NCBI RefSeq assembly: GCF_028641065.1
Contig: NW_026575418.1
Location: forward strand, 62,001 to 126,000
Source: Leucoraja erinacea
Taxonomy: Eukaryota
Direction: 5' to 3'
Length of the DNA stretch: 64,000 nt
The position numbers were made by a program, and so were the translations under genes. Below the pieces are notes generated by a model that worked only from the letters and a program-made list of their open reading frames with translations, made no database searches and was not told the origin of the DNA. How positions within the stretch are numbered: the first letter of the stretch is position 1; every line of letters begins with the position of its first letter. Below are positions 61,837 to 64,000 of this stretch, piece by piece.

Positions 61837-62849
61837 CTACTTTACAAAAGAGATAAGGCCAGAATTAGATGAAAGTTCAAATAATGTGATCAAGGTGATT
61901 GTGGATGCATATAAACAGAAGGGGTCTCGGGTCATCTCTGCTTTCTACCAAGCTCTGGTGGGAAGTGGGGGAGAATCAACGCTCTACATCAAACCAAAAT
62001 GGGAAGCAGAATTAAAGATTCAAATAACAGAAGATGAACGGTATCTAATGTGTGAAACACAGTGTTCATCAACAAACTCACTTGTATGGCGAGAATGTTT
62101 GCTGGAAGAATCTATCTCGCTTTTTTATAACACCCAAAATAAAAAGCAGACAACTTGCTGTCCAACAACACAGTTGGAGGCTGTGTGGGAGTATGGAGGC
62201 AGACCACTTGCATATTTTCTGTAACTGTGTAAAGATAAGGCCATACTGGGAAAGTGTTAATGCAGTTGTAAAAAATATCTTGGGTTATAAAATCCCAAAT
62301 ACCTGCCCTGTGATGTATCTGGAGCGTATTAAAGATATTGTAAAAATAGAAGATACATATTTGATTGCAGCAAGTAAGAAGGCCATTACCAGGCAGTGGC
62401 TTCATGAAAAAGTCCAAAACAGGAACAGTGGTTAGAAATTGTGCGAGACATCTTTAATATGGAGAAATTGACATATTCATTGAGAGTCAAGGAGAATTCA
62501 TTTGAGAAGATCTGGGAAAAATGAACTGTTTATTTGAGCCATGACACCAATTAGATAAATGCCGAGCTAGATATGGGAAGATTGTGTTATATAGAACTAG
62601 ATGGTATGTTTGTGTGAATATTGAATTATCTCCAGATAACTAATCAATGTAATGTTTTTTTTTTTTAATTTGGTAAGTGAACCACACGGTTATTCCTATT
62701 TTTTATTTATTTACTTCTTTTTTTTCCCCCTATCTACTTATTTTTTTAATTTTAATTGTTGTTTTTCTTATTTTGTTTTACTTATGGTGATAGTGTTGCA
62801 CTGTTTTGTATATATCTCTGAAAAATCAATAAAAATTTAAGTGAAAAGG

Positions 62850-63490
62850 TGACGGTAGCGGAAATGGCAGAGGATGATGTGTTGTATGTAGAGGCTGGTG
62901 GGGTGAAAGATGAGAATCAATGGATCTGTTCTATCTGGCGGCAGGGGAGTGAGTGCAGAACTACACGACACAAAGGTTGGAAGGAGGTGTACAGATAACA
63001 TTGGAAGTCAGTAGGTTTGCAGTAGATGCCAGTCTATTGCCTGTCCTCTTTGAGGGAGACAGAGAGATCAAGAAGATGGAGAGGGGTTAGAGGTCGGCCA
63101 CGTGAAAGAGGGCAGGGTAGAATTAATGGTAAAGTTAATGGAATCAATGGTTTCTGCACGGGTGCCAGAGACAGTCCCGGTGCAATTATTGATGCGGCAG
63201 GGAAGCATGTGGGGCATGGTGCCAGTGCACATTTGGAACAAGAATAGTTTGACATAACCAACAAAAAGGCGGAATAGCTTGGGTCCGTGCAAGTACTCAC
63301 GGCTACATGTTTAACCTGAAGAACGTGAGGAGCCAAAAGAGAAATTATTGAGGGGAGGACAGCTTCTGCCAGGCAGACAAGGTTGTTCATAGAGGGGAAC
63401 TGATTGGGTCTCTGTTCGAAGAAGAACTGAGGCCTTTCCTGGTGGGTGATGGAGGTGTAAATGGACTGGACGTTCATGGAGAAGATTTAA
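62850..63490 (-). mobile_element. Penelope-like fragment duplicated with the histone unit
   Basis: Colinear with 49230-50080 but lacking the CR1 insertion. Confidence 0.75.
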
Positions 63491-64000
63491 TTGAATTGAA
63501 TACATTTTATTAGCCAAGTATTATGTATACATACAAGGAATTTGCCTTGGTGCTTTGCCTACAAGTATCAACACAATATGCAGTAGACAATTAAAAATAA
63601 AACATAAAACATAATTTAGATGAGCCAATGGGGTGTTAGAAATTGCAAGTTATTCAAGAGGTGGACGTGTCAGATGTCTCCAATGGTGGTCGGGAGGGAC
63701 TGGACAAGGACAATAGAGAAAATTAATTGGGTCTATGTCCAGGGAAACCAGAGAGCCTCACGACCTTCCTGGAGGAGTATTGAGGTGTACGGGGCCTGGA
63801 CATAGCAGAGGGATTACAAGGAATGTTGATGAACAGACATTGGGGTCTGACATAGGATGCAGCCGTGCTCACTCTCCTAGGTAAGGATATAGAATATAAA
63901 CCAGAAACAATCTGGTTTACTGCAGGGCCGACAGTTGTTTTTCGCGCCATTTTCTGTACATACTAAATGCATTTGTTGTCGGTGAAAGCAGCGTACTTCA

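Larger units (their letters stand above)
56535..62840 (+). mobile_element. Decayed L1-clade LINE ORF2 and 3' end, with two nested insertions
   Basis: APE motifs GGDFN, SRIDY and SDHSAI; RT motifs QTGFI, DADKAFD and [10 protein letters not shown]; C-terminal C-x3-C...HIFCNC knuckle; T-rich 3' UTR with AATAAA near 62827. Multiple stops and frameshifts. Confidence 0.88.

Overview
Eukaryotic, repeat-dense vertebrate DNA, probably a cartilaginous fish such as a skate or ray (inferred from the repeat landscape only). There are N-runs at 1208-1491 and 10885-12020. Two genic systems are present. (1) A spliced AID/APOBEC-family cytidine deaminase gene (AICDA-like, + strand) is built from coding exons 23450-23868, 24959-25074 and 27050-27103, plus a candidate 8-nt first exon at 18126-18133. 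The four pieces total 597 nt (198 aa), the same length as human AID. The intron that separates mammalian exons 2 and 3 is absent. Upstream lie at least three, probably four, degenerate truncated echoes of the intron-1/exon-2 junction. (2) A tandemly duplicated, decaying replication-dependent histone cluster (36.5-64 kb) has intact H4, H3 and two H2B genes, 3' remnants of H2A and H4, and an orphan H3 promoter. Most of the rest is nested retroelements: CR1, L2, Rex1/Babar, L1/Tx1, Vingi-like, Gypsy, and Penelope-like elements whose tails carry a minimal hammerhead-ribozyme core. DNA-transposon relics include a 1.9-kb hAT-like element with perfect TIRs and TSD and a 38-bp pure-palindrome mini-element with an 8-bp TSD. 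All comparisons to reference proteins were made by eye from memory. Repeat boundaries are approximate unless TSDs are quoted.
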